From contig CAJAVM010000001.1 of the NCBI GenBank assembly GCA_903945435.1, forward strand, positions 73,071-137,070: a DNA stretch of 64,000 nt, given 5' to 3'. The stretch comes from an uncultured bacterium (GTDB lineage: Bacteria; Patescibacteriota; Patescibacteriia; Patescibacteriales; UBA12465). The first letter of the stretch is position 1; each line of letters begins with the position of its first letter. Of this stretch, positions 54,215 through 63,093 are shown piece by piece. The notes under the pieces were generated by a model. That model was not told where the DNA came from and did not search any database. It saw nothing but the letters and a program-made list of their open reading frames with translations. A program made the translations under genes and the position numbers.

Positions 54215-56188
54215 TTAGATAGTTCCGACTATTCTCTCTTCAATATAATTAACTAAAATATCACCAACTTCAATCATCGGCTTTCCTTCATAACGCATCC
54301 CAGCCTCTTGATCTTTCTCAACCATATTTACATCTTGTTTTCCGGATTGTAGTCTTGTAAGTTTACCGGCAACAATAAAATTATCACCACGATAAACTTC
54401 TATCATACTAGCATTACGAAGTTCACCATCTAAAACTTTTCCACCAACAATTTGGCTATCATTTTCCGTTCTAAAAATAGCTAATACTTTTAAGCGACCC
54501 AAATCAACACGATTAATTTCCGGTTTTGCTAGAAGCTGCATTTCATCTTTAACATACTTAATCAAATCGTAAATAATTGTATAAACTTTAACAGTAACTT
54601 GTTTTTCTCTCACTAAATTTTCAATCGCTGGCGACATACGAACGTTAAAGCCTAAAATCTTAGCGCCAGAATCTTCCGCACGCTTAACATCGCCTTCAGT
54701 TATATAACCAAGACCTTTTGAAATAATTTTTACTTTTACTTTTTCACCGTTTAATTTTAACAAAGATTCTTCAATCGCTTCCGCTGAACCCAAGAAATCT
54801 GTTTTAATCAAAACATTTACTTTCGGAGTTTTATCTTCTGGGCTATCTTCAGTTGAAGCTAAAACATTTTCGTTATGGCCAGAAACAGATTTAATTTTTT
54901 TAATTTTTACCTTTTCACCCTCACCAACATTTAAAATATCACCCACGGCTGGAGAAATTTTTAAGCCTAAAATTTTAACTGGAGTTGATGGACCGGCTTC
55001 AGTAACCTCTTCACCTTTATAATTTTTTAAAGCTTTAACTTTTCCGTATACGACGTCATTAAAACAAAGTTGGTCGCCAACACGCAAAGTTCCATTTTGA
55101 ACTAAAATAGTTGCGAGCGGTCCAGAAGCTTTATCAACATTTGATTCTACAACCGTCCCCGCAGCTTGAGCGCCAGGGTTAGCTTTTAAATTTGAAGATT
55201 CAGTTGCGGAAACAAGTAAAACCATATCTAATAATTCTTCGATACCAGTTCCATCTTTAGCAGAAATAGGAACACAAATAGTTTTACCTCCCCAGTCTTC
55301 TGGAGTTATATTTAATCTAGTTGATAATTCTTGTTTGGTTTTATTAACATCGGAATCTGGTTTATCAATTTTATTAATCGCGACAATAAATGGAATTTTA
55401 GCGGTCTCAATAATTCTAAAAGCTTCAATAGTTTGAGGCTTAACCCCATCATCAGCAGCAACAACTAAAATTGCGATATCAGCTACTTTAGCACCACGAC
55501 TACGCATAGCGGTAAAAGCTTCGTGACCCGGAGTATCAATAAAAGTTATGGCTTGGCCTTTGCGGTTTACCTGATAAGCACCAATATGCTGAGTAATCCC
55601 ACCAGCTTCACCAGCAACAACGTCGGTCTGACGGATAGAATCTAATAATTTTGTTTTTCCGTGGTCAACGTGGCCCATAACAACAATAACTGGAGCTCTT
55701 TCTTGCATATCAGCCACATCTTCTTTTGCTAAAATGGCTTCCAATTTTTTATCCTCTTTATCTTCGTCTTCAACCTTTGATTCAGCTAATTGAACATCCA
55801 AATTTAAATTTTCGCCAATAATAGCAGCGGTATCGAAATCAATTTTTTCATTAATAGAAGTAAAAACGCCATTCTTCATGAGTTCTGCTAAAACACGGTT
55901 AATTGGGATACCAGCTAATTCTGCATAAGCGCGGACCGCTAAAACATTAGGAACAAAAATAGTCTTTCTTTCTTTAGGAAGAACTTCATCTTGCTTCTTA
56001 ATAGCCGCTGCCATCTTCTTTTGCTCCCATTCACGACGCAAAAAAGGCCAATCTTTAATGATTTTTTTAGCAGTGTTGTTATCAACCTTGATTGCCTTCT
56101 GACCGATGGCAAATCCTAGTTCCGGTAGCATGTCGCGCAGTTCTTGAGGACTAATCCTTAAGATTCTGGCTAATTCTGTAATATTCAT
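54215..56188 (-). CDS. infB: Translation initiation factor IF-2
   Basis: 657 aa. GTPase motifs GHVDHGKT, DTPGH and NKID, with IF-2 C-terminal domains. Confidence 0.96.
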   Translation of the reverse strand: MNITELARILRISPQELRDMLPELGFAIGQKAIKVDNNTAKKIIKDWPFLRREWEQKKMAAAIKKQDEVLPKERKTIFVPNVLAVRAYAELAGIPINRVLAELMKNGVFTSINEKIDFDTAAIIGENLNLDVQLAESKVEDEDKEDKKLEAILAKEDVADMQERAPVIVVMGHVDHGKTKLLDSIRQTDVVAGEAGGITQHIGAYQVNRKGQAITFIDTPGHEAFTAMRSRGAKVADIAILVVAADDGVKPQTIEAFRIIETAKIPFIVAINKIDKPDSDVNKTKQELSTRLNITPEDWGGKTICVPISAKDGTGIEELLDMVLLVSATESSNLKANPGAQAAGTVVESNVDKASGPLATILVQNGTLRVGDQLCFNDVVYGKVKALKNYKGEEVTEAGPSTPVKILGLKISPAVGDILNVGEGEKVKIKKIKSVSGHNENVLASTEDSPEDKTPKVNVLIKTDFLGSAEAIEESLLKLNGEKVKVKIISKGLGYITEGDVKRAEDSGAKILGFNVRMSPAIENLVREKQVTVKVYTIIYDLIKYVKDEMQLLAKPEINRVDLGRLKVLAIFRTENDSQIVGGKVLDGELRNASMIEVYRGDNFIVAGKLTRLQSGKQDVNMVEKDQEAGMRYEGKPMIEVGDILVNYIEERIVGTI

Positions 56189-56235
56189 GAAAATTTATAA
56201 CAAAAATTAATAAAATAAAGCTTATCTGTTTTTTA

Positions 56236-56264
56236 ATATTACTTTAATTTTCCGCTTAAGTCAA
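56236..56264 (-). promoter_or_regulatory. Near-consensus promoter upstream of infB (TTGACT, 17-nt spacer, TAATAT)
   Basis: On the minus strand, TTGACT is the complement of 56259-56264 and TAATAT the complement of 56236-56241. Confidence 0.5.
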
Positions 56265-56558
56265 TCAAATTAGGCCTGATTTATACTTTACAAACCAAGA
56301 AAGACGTGCTAAAGTGAAGCCAGATAAATTAATAATCTGTTATTTGGAAAAGTTAGAGGTAGCAACCGCAGAATCAGTCTAGAAACTTTATTTTTGAAGA
56401 CAAACATCTATGAACCACCGATTTATTTCTCTGAAATTAGTAAAAAAATTAAAAAACTCAATCAAAATCTTCTAAAGTAACGCTTTTCAAAGCGGTCGTT
56501 TTTGTTAAAAAATCAATATTTTTTAACCGCCTCAACTCTCCAATTACAGCCAAATCAT

Positions 56559-58082
56559 ATGGAATTTTTAAACTATGCCCTGTATTTAGTCCTGGCTGCT
56601 GGCGGTTTTTTTGTTGGCTACATCTATTACAAAAAGGCAACTGAAGCTAAAACTAATAGTGCAGGAGAAAAAGCAGATAAAATCCTCAATGACGCTAAAA
56701 TGAAAGAAAAGGAGTTACTCCTTAAGGCTCAAGATAAAGCGTTAAAAATTGTTGAGGACTCAAAACAAGAAGAAACAAAACGTCGCAATGAAATTCATCA
56801 ACTACAAAATCGCTTAGAACAAAGAGAGAGCTCTTTTTCTCAGAAGTTATTAGACTTACAAGAAAAACAACAAAAGCTTTTCGATAAAGTTAGTGAGGTT
56901 CAAGAAATTAAAGAAAAAATCAAAGGCATCCAAGAACAGCAAGTTGCTAAGTTAGAAGAAATATCTGGTCTAAAAAAAGAAGAGGCTAAGGATATTTTAC
57001 TAAAAGCTGAAGAAGCGAAATGTGCCGAAGACTTAATGGTTAGAATTAAAAAATTAGAACAAGATAGTGAAGATAAAATAAATGATAAAGCTAAAGATAT
57101 GTTAGCTTTAGCAATGCAAAGAATGGTTTCTTCGTATACCGTTGAGCTTACAACAACAACTATCGATTTACCGAACGATGAAATGAAGGGCCGTATTATT
57201 GGTCGCGAAGGACGAAATATTAAAGCAATTGAAAACATGACCGGAGTAGAAATTATCGTTGATGATACTCCAAACGCAATTACTGTTTCCGGGTTTTCCT
57301 TAATCAGACGTCATATCGCTAAAAAGACTTTAGACTATTTAATAAAGGATGGACGCATTCATCCAACTAAAATTGAAGAGGCGGTTGAAAATGCTAAAAA
57401 AGATATTGCCCTTGATATTAAAAAAGCTGGAGAAGAAGCCATGTATGAAGTTGGAGTTACGGGATTCGATCCTAAGTTAGTTGCTATTTTAGGTCGTCTA
57501 AAATATAGAACGAGTTATGGCCAAAATGCTTTACGTCATTCGATTGAAGTTGCTCACTTATGCGCCATGTTAGCTGAAGAATTAGGTGCTGACGTTACTT
57601 TAGCTAAGAAAGGCGGTCTATTACATGATATTGGAAAAGCAGTTGACCATGAGGTTCAAGGTAATCATACTGAAATTGGACGTGATATTGCTAAGAAGTT
57701 TAACTTACCGGCGGAAATAATTGCTCCAATTGAAACTCATCATGAAGACCACCCCGCTACTTTAATTTCTGTCATTGTTAAAGTTGCCGATGCTATATCC
57801 TCTGCTCGTCCCGGCGCTAGACGTGATAGCTTTGAAAACTATCTACAACGTTTAGAGGAGCTAGAAAAGATTGCTTTAACCTTTGAAGGAGTAGAAAAAG
57901 TGTTTGCAATTCAGGCTGGTCGTGAAGTAAGAGTCTTTGTCCAACCAGAATCTATTAATGACCTAGCTGCTCATAATTTGGCTAGAGATATTGCAAAAAA
58001 GATAGAAAATGAGTTAAAATATCCAGGAGAGATAAAAGTCAATGTTATTCGCGAAATGAGGGCAACCGAATACGCTAGGTAA
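56559..58082 (+). CDS. rny: Ribonuclease Y
   Basis: N-terminal TM helix, coiled coil, KH (GRIIGREGRNIKA) and HD (HSIEVAHL...LLHDIGK) domains. I prefer the ATG at 56559 (MEFLNYALYL...) over the TTG at 56502. Confidence 0.92.
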   Translation: MEFLNYALYLVLAAGGFFVGYIYYKKATEAKTNSAGEKADKILNDAKMKEKELLLKAQDKALKIVEDSKQEETKRRNEIHQLQNRLEQRESSFSQKLLDLQEKQQKLFDKVSEVQEIKEKIKGIQEQQVAKLEEISGLKKEEAKDILLKAEEAKCAEDLMVRIKKLEQDSEDKINDKAKDMLALAMQRMVSSYTVELTTTTIDLPNDEMKGRIIGREGRNIKAIENMTGVEIIVDDTPNAITVSGFSLIRRHIAKKTLDYLIKDGRIHPTKIEEAVENAKKDIALDIKKAGEEAMYEVGVTGFDPKLVAILGRLKYRTSYGQNALRHSIEVAHLCAMLAEELGADVTLAKKGGLLHDIGKAVDHEVQGNHTEIGRDIAKKFNLPAEIIAPIETHHEDHPATLISVIVKVADAISSARPGARRDSFENYLQRLEELEKIALTFEGVEKVFAIQAGREVRVFVQPESINDLAAHNLARDIAKKIENELKYPGEIKVNVIREMRATEYAR

Positions 58083-58121
58083 CTTGATTATTGCGGGATA
58101 AAAAGCTAATATCATAATCAT

Positions 58122-58409
58122 ATGAACAAAGCGCAACTCATCGACAAAATTTATCATGATGTCGAAGGTCTGAATAAAAAACAGGCCGAAAAAATGATTG
58201 ATGTTTTTACCGACACAGTCATCGAGGAATTAAAGAACAATCACGAAGTAACTATCGCTGGTTTTGGAACTTTCCTAGCTCGCGTTCGTTATGCTCGTGG
58301 TGGTGTAAATCCTCAAAAGCCAAACGAAAGGATAACCATCCCTGAAGTAAAGGTCGCTAAATTCAAAACTGGTTACCACTTAAAGCAAGCTTTAAAAGGT
58401 AAAAGATAA
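58122..58409 (+). CDS. hup: HU family DNA-binding protein
   Basis: 95 aa. MNKAQLIDKI ... GFGTF ... R.GRNPQ-like arm (RYARGGVNPQKP). Confidence 0.9.
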   Translation: MNKAQLIDKIYHDVEGLNKKQAEKMIDVFTDTVIEELKNNHEVTIAGFGTFLARVRYARGGVNPQKPNERITIPEVKVAKFKTGYHLKQALKGKR

Positions 58410-58463
58410 AACAACCGCCCTTGCACTGAGGACCCTATCCTGTTTGCCTAGGGCGTGTTATTT

Positions 58464-58537
58464 GCGCTCGTAGCTCAACTGGATAGAGTACTTGGCTTCG
58501 GACCAAGGGGTTGCAGGTTCAAATCCTGCCGGGCGCA
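58464..58537 (+). tRNA. tRNA-Arg (UCG)
   Basis: 74-nt cloverleaf. Acceptor GCGCUCG/CGGGCGC, anticodon arm CUUGG-CUUCGGA-CCAAG. Confidence 0.93.
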
Positions 58538-58561
58538 CATATCCGGATTTTTCCGGTGTTA

Positions 58562-58635
58562 GGCTGGGTAGCTCAGCTGGTTAGAGCGTAGCACTCATAA
58601 CGCTAAGGTCGAGGGTTCGAGCCCCTCCCCCGCCA
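58562..58635 (+). tRNA. tRNA with CAU anticodon (elongator Met, or Ile2 if C34 is lysidinylated)
   Basis: 74-nt cloverleaf with anticodon loop CUCAUAA. It has mismatches U4.C69 in the acceptor stem and A31.C39 in the anticodon stem. Confidence 0.8.
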
Positions 58636-58640
58636 CTTAT

Positions 58641-58668
58641 TTGACAATATTTTTTTAATGTTTACAAT
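58641..58668 (+). promoter_or_regulatory. Promoter-like element between two tRNA genes (TTGACA, 16-nt spacer, TACAAT)
   Basis: TTGACA at 58641-58646 and TACAAT at 58663-58668, about 30 nt upstream of tRNA-Lys. Confidence 0.45.
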
Positions 58669-58699
58669 GTAAAGGTAGACTTCGGCTTTTAGCCGTAAT

Positions 58700-58772
58700 G
58701 CGCTGTTAGCTCAGTTGGTAGAGCAGCTCCCTCTTAAGGAGACGGTCGCTGGTTCGAATCCAGCACGGCGCA
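58700..58772 (+). tRNA. tRNA-Lys (CUU)
   Basis: 73-nt cloverleaf. Acceptor GCGCUGU/ACGGCGC, anticodon loop CUCUUAA, T-arm GCUGG-UUCGAAU-CCAGC. Confidence 0.93.
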
Positions 58773-58811
58773 CAAAAACGGGCTTGTTAGCCTGTTTTAA
58801 ATTTGTAAGAT

Positions 58812-59393
58812 ATGTTAAACCTTATATTTTTTGGAACACCAGGCGCCGGTAAAGGAACTCAGGCGGAAATTATTGCTGCCGAGCGCAGCCTTTTTCATTT
58901 ATCTAGTGGAAGCATTCTACGTCAAGAAATAGAGAGTGGTGAACTTGGTCCAGAAATAAAACACTACCTTGATAGCGGGACATTAGTTCCTGATAGCTTA
59001 ATCACCACGATGATGGAAAACGCTATTACTAAAAATATTAGCGGTAACGGATTTATTTTTGATGGCTACCCAAGAAGTATTAGTCAGGCTGAAGCTTTAT
59101 ATAAATTTTTTGAGAATAATAACCTTCATCTTAACGCGGTTATAAATATAGAAATAAGTGAGGATGAAGCGAAAAAAAGAATCCTGCTACGCGGTAAAAC
59201 TTCAGGGCGTTCTGATGATAATCCAGAAGTGATTGCCCAACGATTTAAAACTTATCACGAACAAACAAAACCCTTATTAGATTACTACCAAGAACTAGGA
59301 AAAATTATCAATATCAATGGTGAACCCGATATAGAAACTGTCGCTACAAATATTAATCAAACGATTGAAGAAATAAAAAAACCGCTCCAATAA
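58812..59393 (+). CDS. adk: Adenylate kinase (short-lid type)
   Basis: 193 aa. P-loop GTPGAGKGTQ. Short LID (RGKTSGRSDDNPE) without a zinc knuckle. Confidence 0.92.
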   Translation: MLNLIFFGTPGAGKGTQAEIIAAERSLFHLSSGSILRQEIESGELGPEIKHYLDSGTLVPDSLITTMMENAITKNISGNGFIFDGYPRSISQAEALYKFFENNNLHLNAVINIEISEDEAKKRILLRGKTSGRSDDNPEVIAQRFKTYHEQTKPLLDYYQELGKIININGEPDIETVATNINQTIEEIKKPLQ

Positions 59394-59407
59394 GAAGCGG
59401 TTTTTTG
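59374..59407. terminator. Bidirectional terminator between adk (+) and recA (-)
   Basis: ACCGCT (59381-59386) pairs with AGCGGT (59396-59401), with A7 5' and T6 3'. The adk stop codon sits in the loop. Confidence 0.75.
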
Positions 59408-59437
59408 TTTTAAGTTTTAAGTTCTAGTTAACTGAAA

Positions 59438-60541
59438 TTATTCAGCTTCCTTGGTAGTTATTGCTTCCTTAGAGGCACCATCTTTATTAGCTTCGATTTC
59501 CTTGCTTTTAACTTCAGCAATAATTGCTTTACGAATCTCGGCTAATAATTTCTTATCATCTTTAATCATTTTCTTAGCAATCTCTCGTCCAACGCCAAGT
59601 TTTACATCTCCAAAAGAATAAGAATTCCCATTCTTTTTAATAACATTGTATTCAACACCTAAATCTACTAAATCACCAGCAACCGAAATTCCTTCATTAT
59701 ACATAATATCAAACTCACAAGTTTTAAAAGGAGCAGCAACTTTATTTTTTACAATTTTTACTTTAACGCGATTACCAATAATCTTTTCACCTTGTTTAAT
59801 TTGAGCGGCACGTCTTACTTCGACGCGAACAGAACAATAAAATTTAAGAGCATTACCACCAGTAGTTGTTTCTGGGCTACCGAAAAAAACACCAATCTTA
59901 TTTCTAATCTGATTAATAAAAATAACCACTGTTTTTGTCTTACCGATAATAGCAGTTAATTTTCTTAAAGCCTGGCTCATTAAACGTGCTTGTAGGCCCA
60001 TATGCTGGTCGCCCATATCACCTTCAATCTCTTTCTGAGGAACTAAAGCAGCTACGGAATCGACAACAATAACATCAACCGCGTTAGATCGTACTAAAGT
60101 CTCAACAATCTCTAAGGCTTGTTCACCGCTATCCGGTTGAGATAATAACATCTCTTTAATATTAACACCGATTTTTGCAGCATAGTCAGGATCAAGCGCA
60201 TGTTCAGCATCAACGAAGGCGGCAATACCGCCAGTCTTTTGAACCTCAGCAACGATATGTTGAGCGAGAGTTGTTTTACCTGATGATTCAGGACCAAAAA
60301 TTTCAATAACCCGACCACGAGGAACGCCACCGATACCAAAAGCCATATCTAAAGATAAACAACCAGTTGAAATAGCATCAACGTTTGTTTTTCTTACATC
60401 GCCCAGCTTCATAATTGAGCCTTCACCAAATTTATCTTTAATTTGTTGAATCGCACTTAAAGCGGCCTCATGTTTTTTATCATGATTTACGATTGCGACG
60501 CCGTCTAAAACGGCTTTCTTTGCTTTTTCTACTTTAGCCAT
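59438..60541 (-). CDS. recA: Recombinase RecA
   Basis: Walker [10 protein letters not shown] and the L1/L2 regions. I prefer the ATG at 60541 (MAKVEKAKK...) over the GTG at 60553. Confidence 0.96.
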   Translation of the reverse strand: MAKVEKAKKAVLDGVAIVNHDKKHEAALSAIQQIKDKFGEGSIMKLGDVRKTNVDAISTGCLSLDMAFGIGGVPRGRVIEIFGPESSGKTTLAQHIVAEVQKTGGIAAFVDAEHALDPDYAAKIGVNIKEMLLSQPDSGEQALEIVETLVRSNAVDVIVVDSVAALVPQKEIEGDMGDQHMGLQARLMSQALRKLTAIIGKTKTVVIFINQIRNKIGVFFGSPETTTGGNALKFYCSVRVEVRRAAQIKQGEKIIGNRVKVKIVKNKVAAPFKTCEFDIMYNEGISVAGDLVDLGVEYNVIKKNGNSYSFGDVKLGVGREIAKKMIKDDKKLLAEIRKAIIAEVKSKEIEANKDGASKEAITTKEAE

Positions 60542-60649
60542 AAATTTATACACTAATTTATTAATCTCTGAAAACTGCCATTATTATAGCGCTAAGCAGT
60601 TAAAGCGCTTTTAAAAAAATTATAAACCAAAAATAAATTAAACTATTTT

Positions 60650-61006
60650 TTATTTAATACCAATCGTTTTCTGAAAAATTATTTCATTTTTATTCTGTAA
60701 AGTTAGCTCCCAGCCAGTATCAGTTTTTTGAATTTGAATATATTCTTTTACTTTATTTAATACATTATTTCCATCTTCTGGATTTGATAAGTTAGAAACC
60801 GTCTCTTCGGGACGAATAGCTGTTGGAGTAATAAACAAGCTATCAACAGTATCAATTAATGAAACAGCTGTTCTATAAAGACCGCCCTCTTTAACTGCCG
60901 CTGCTTTTTCAGCATTCCCGCTATATTCTACCGTAGCAACAACTGCCAACACCAGAAAGGCGACAATTGAAATCAAGACGAAGGTTGGTTCACGAAAACT
61001 CGACAT
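60650..61006 (-). CDS. Hypothetical membrane-anchored protein (118 aa)
   Basis: Single N-terminal TM helix (FVLISIVAFLVLAVVATV). Its start lies 4 nt after the stop of the upstream gene. Confidence 0.5.
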   Translation of the reverse strand: MSSFREPTFVLISIVAFLVLAVVATVEYSGNAEKAAAVKEGGLYRTAVSLIDTVDSLFITPTAIRPEETVSNLSNPEDGNNVLNKVKEYIQIQKTDTGWELTLQNKNEIIFQKTIGIK

Positions 61007-61010
61007 AAAA

Positions 61011-62249
61011 TTATTTTTTAGAAAAAATATTTACTTGGCCGTATTGGCCATCAAATCCTGGGGTAATTATTAATTCACCATTTCTGGATTTCTTAATTCC
61101 CTCAAGAATTTTTACATCAACGACTTTATCGATCTTTTTTAAATCTATATCAATTAATATTTCAAGTTCGCTACCAAACTTCGGAACTAATTTTGAATAT
61201 TCTTGTTTTACTCTTTTAGACAATCTATTTTTAATTCCTAAGGCTTCGGCAATAATTTTATCTAATTCAATTACCTTCTTAAAAGGAACCGCATTTTTAG
61301 GTTTATACCCAACCGGTCTATCACTTAATTCCTCCACTCTATTTAACACTCCGATTACGAGAGGTCTTTTACAAATCGGACAAATATTTTTTAATTTTCT
61401 ACTTTCACTCGGAGGGCAACTAAATTTACAATTACTGTGACCATCTAAATGATATATTCCTTCTTCAGGATAAAATTCAATCGTAGATACTATTTTTGAT
61501 TTTCCACTTTTTTTATTATGTTTTATAACATCGTAAAGCTGCTGATAGTTAAATGGTGTAGTTAATTCCATTACCGTCGCTTCTCGACCAATATTTACGG
61601 GGCTATGCGCATCAGAGCTAGAAAGCATAGTTAGTTTATCAAGTGCTGATAGACGCCAATTCATTTCCGGGTCGCTCGATAAACCAGTTTCAAAAGCGTA
61701 AATATTTTTTATTTCCTCTTTAAAACACTCTTCTAACGTATTAAAACCAGATTTAGAACCAAAAACTGCAAACCAGGGGGTCCAAATATGAGCTGGGTAA
61801 ATTAGAAAATTTGGATTTATATTTAAAAGTAATCTTACAAATTCCGGAGCTTGAATTCCTAAAATAGGTCGACCATCTGATTTAATATTATAATTTTCAC
61901 CAAGATATTTATTTAATTCTGCGGCGGCCGTTAAATTTGGAGCATGAACAACTAGATGGATTCGTCTTACTTTTTCTTCATCCTTATAAATAAGAGCAAC
62001 TTCGGTTGATAAAATAAATTTTATTTTATCATCAGGGGCAGATTTCAATTTATATAATCCTGAGTTTTTATAAGTTTCTTCCAGTTCTTCACTTAAAGAT
62101 TTAAACCAAGCGGGATGTGTAAAATCTCCAGTTGCAATAATATCAATTCCCTTCTCACGACAAGTTTTATCAATGTTCTTTAAAGTAAGCTGAGGTGAAC
62201 AAGCCCTGGAATAAGGAGAGTGAATATGTAAATCCAGGATTTGTTTCAT
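61011..62249 (-). CDS. Endonuclease Q-like PHP-domain protein with a Cys4 zinc finger
   Basis: 412 aa. DLHIHSPYSRACS, ATGDFTHPAW, PAHIWTPW, SSSDAHSP, C..C...CPIC, and a C-terminal PGFDGQYGQ. This order parallels archaeal EndoQ as I recall it. Confidence 0.6.
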   Translation of the reverse strand: MKQILDLHIHSPYSRACSPQLTLKNIDKTCREKGIDIIATGDFTHPAWFKSLSEELEETYKNSGLYKLKSAPDDKIKFILSTEVALIYKDEEKVRRIHLVVHAPNLTAAAELNKYLGENYNIKSDGRPILGIQAPEFVRLLLNINPNFLIYPAHIWTPWFAVFGSKSGFNTLEECFKEEIKNIYAFETGLSSDPEMNWRLSALDKLTMLSSSDAHSPVNIGREATVMELTTPFNYQQLYDVIKHNKKSGKSKIVSTIEFYPEEGIYHLDGHSNCKFSCPPSESRKLKNICPICKRPLVIGVLNRVEELSDRPVGYKPKNAVPFKKVIELDKIIAEALGIKNRLSKRVKQEYSKLVPKFGSELEILIDIDLKKIDKVVDVKILEGIKKSRNGELIITPGFDGQYGQVNIFSKK

Positions 62250-62253
62250 AATT

Positions 62254-62991
62254 TTATTCCAATAAACTCGAAGCGATTTGCAATTCTTCTAAACTATTAA
62301 TTCCCATCGCTTCTTTTGGCTCAATATTAATAGTTCCAATTTTATCCCCGCTCTGAAAGGCAATCTTTACCATATCAGTTAAATAAAATTCTTGTGCTTT
62401 ATTATCGTCCTTTAATTTATCAATATTTAAAAATAACCATTCTTTATTAAAGCACATGAACCCCGGGTTAACTTCGGTAATTAATTTTTCTGCATCATTT
62501 GTATCTTTAAGTTCTACAATTCCTTTAACTAGACCATCTTCCCCACGAACAATACGTCCCCAATGATAAAAATTGTGATGCCAATCTTCAAAATCAGGTA
62601 AAACAGTTGGCATAATAGTAAGCGCGTCATGTTCTAGAGCGGCAAATTTTTTAATAGAGCTTGAAGTTAAAAAAGGATGGTCACCATATAACACGACAAT
62701 ATTTTTTGTATCTTGATTGATATAAGAACGAGCGCAAGAAACAGCATGACCAGTTCCTAGTTGTTTATCCTGAATAACATACTCTAAATTATAATCCGAT
62801 AAGGCTTCTTTAATAATATTTTGATTATCAGGCGAAACAATAATAATCGGCCTTACATCAACGAAAGAAGCAATAACCGAATCCATTAAATATTTTATCA
62901 TCGGCCTACCATTTAAAGGAACAAGAACTTTTGGTAATTCGGAATTCATTCTAGTTCCTTTACCGGCGGCTAAAATTACAATCTGAGTCAT
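62254..62991 (-). CDS. Sugar-1-phosphate nucleotidyltransferase, GlmU N-terminal-domain-like, without the acetyltransferase beta-helix
   Basis: 245 aa. VILAAGKGTRMNSELPKVL signature. The protein ends where the left-handed beta-helix domain of GlmU would begin. Confidence 0.7.
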   Translation of the reverse strand: MTQIVILAAGKGTRMNSELPKVLVPLNGRPMIKYLMDSVIASFVDVRPIIIVSPDNQNIIKEALSDYNLEYVIQDKQLGTGHAVSCARSYINQDTKNIVVLYGDHPFLTSSSIKKFAALEHDALTIMPTVLPDFEDWHHNFYHWGRIVRGEDGLVKGIVELKDTNDAEKLITEVNPGFMCFNKEWLFLNIDKLKDDNKAQEFYLTDMVKIAFQSGDKIGTINIEPKEAMGINSLEELQIASSLLE

Positions 62992-63093
62992 AACTCAAAA
63001 CAATTAATAAAAAATAAGAGAAACTTTTATCAAATTTCCCTTATATTTTAGCATTTTTATAGATTTCAAGCAATAAATTCTGATGAACAAAAT

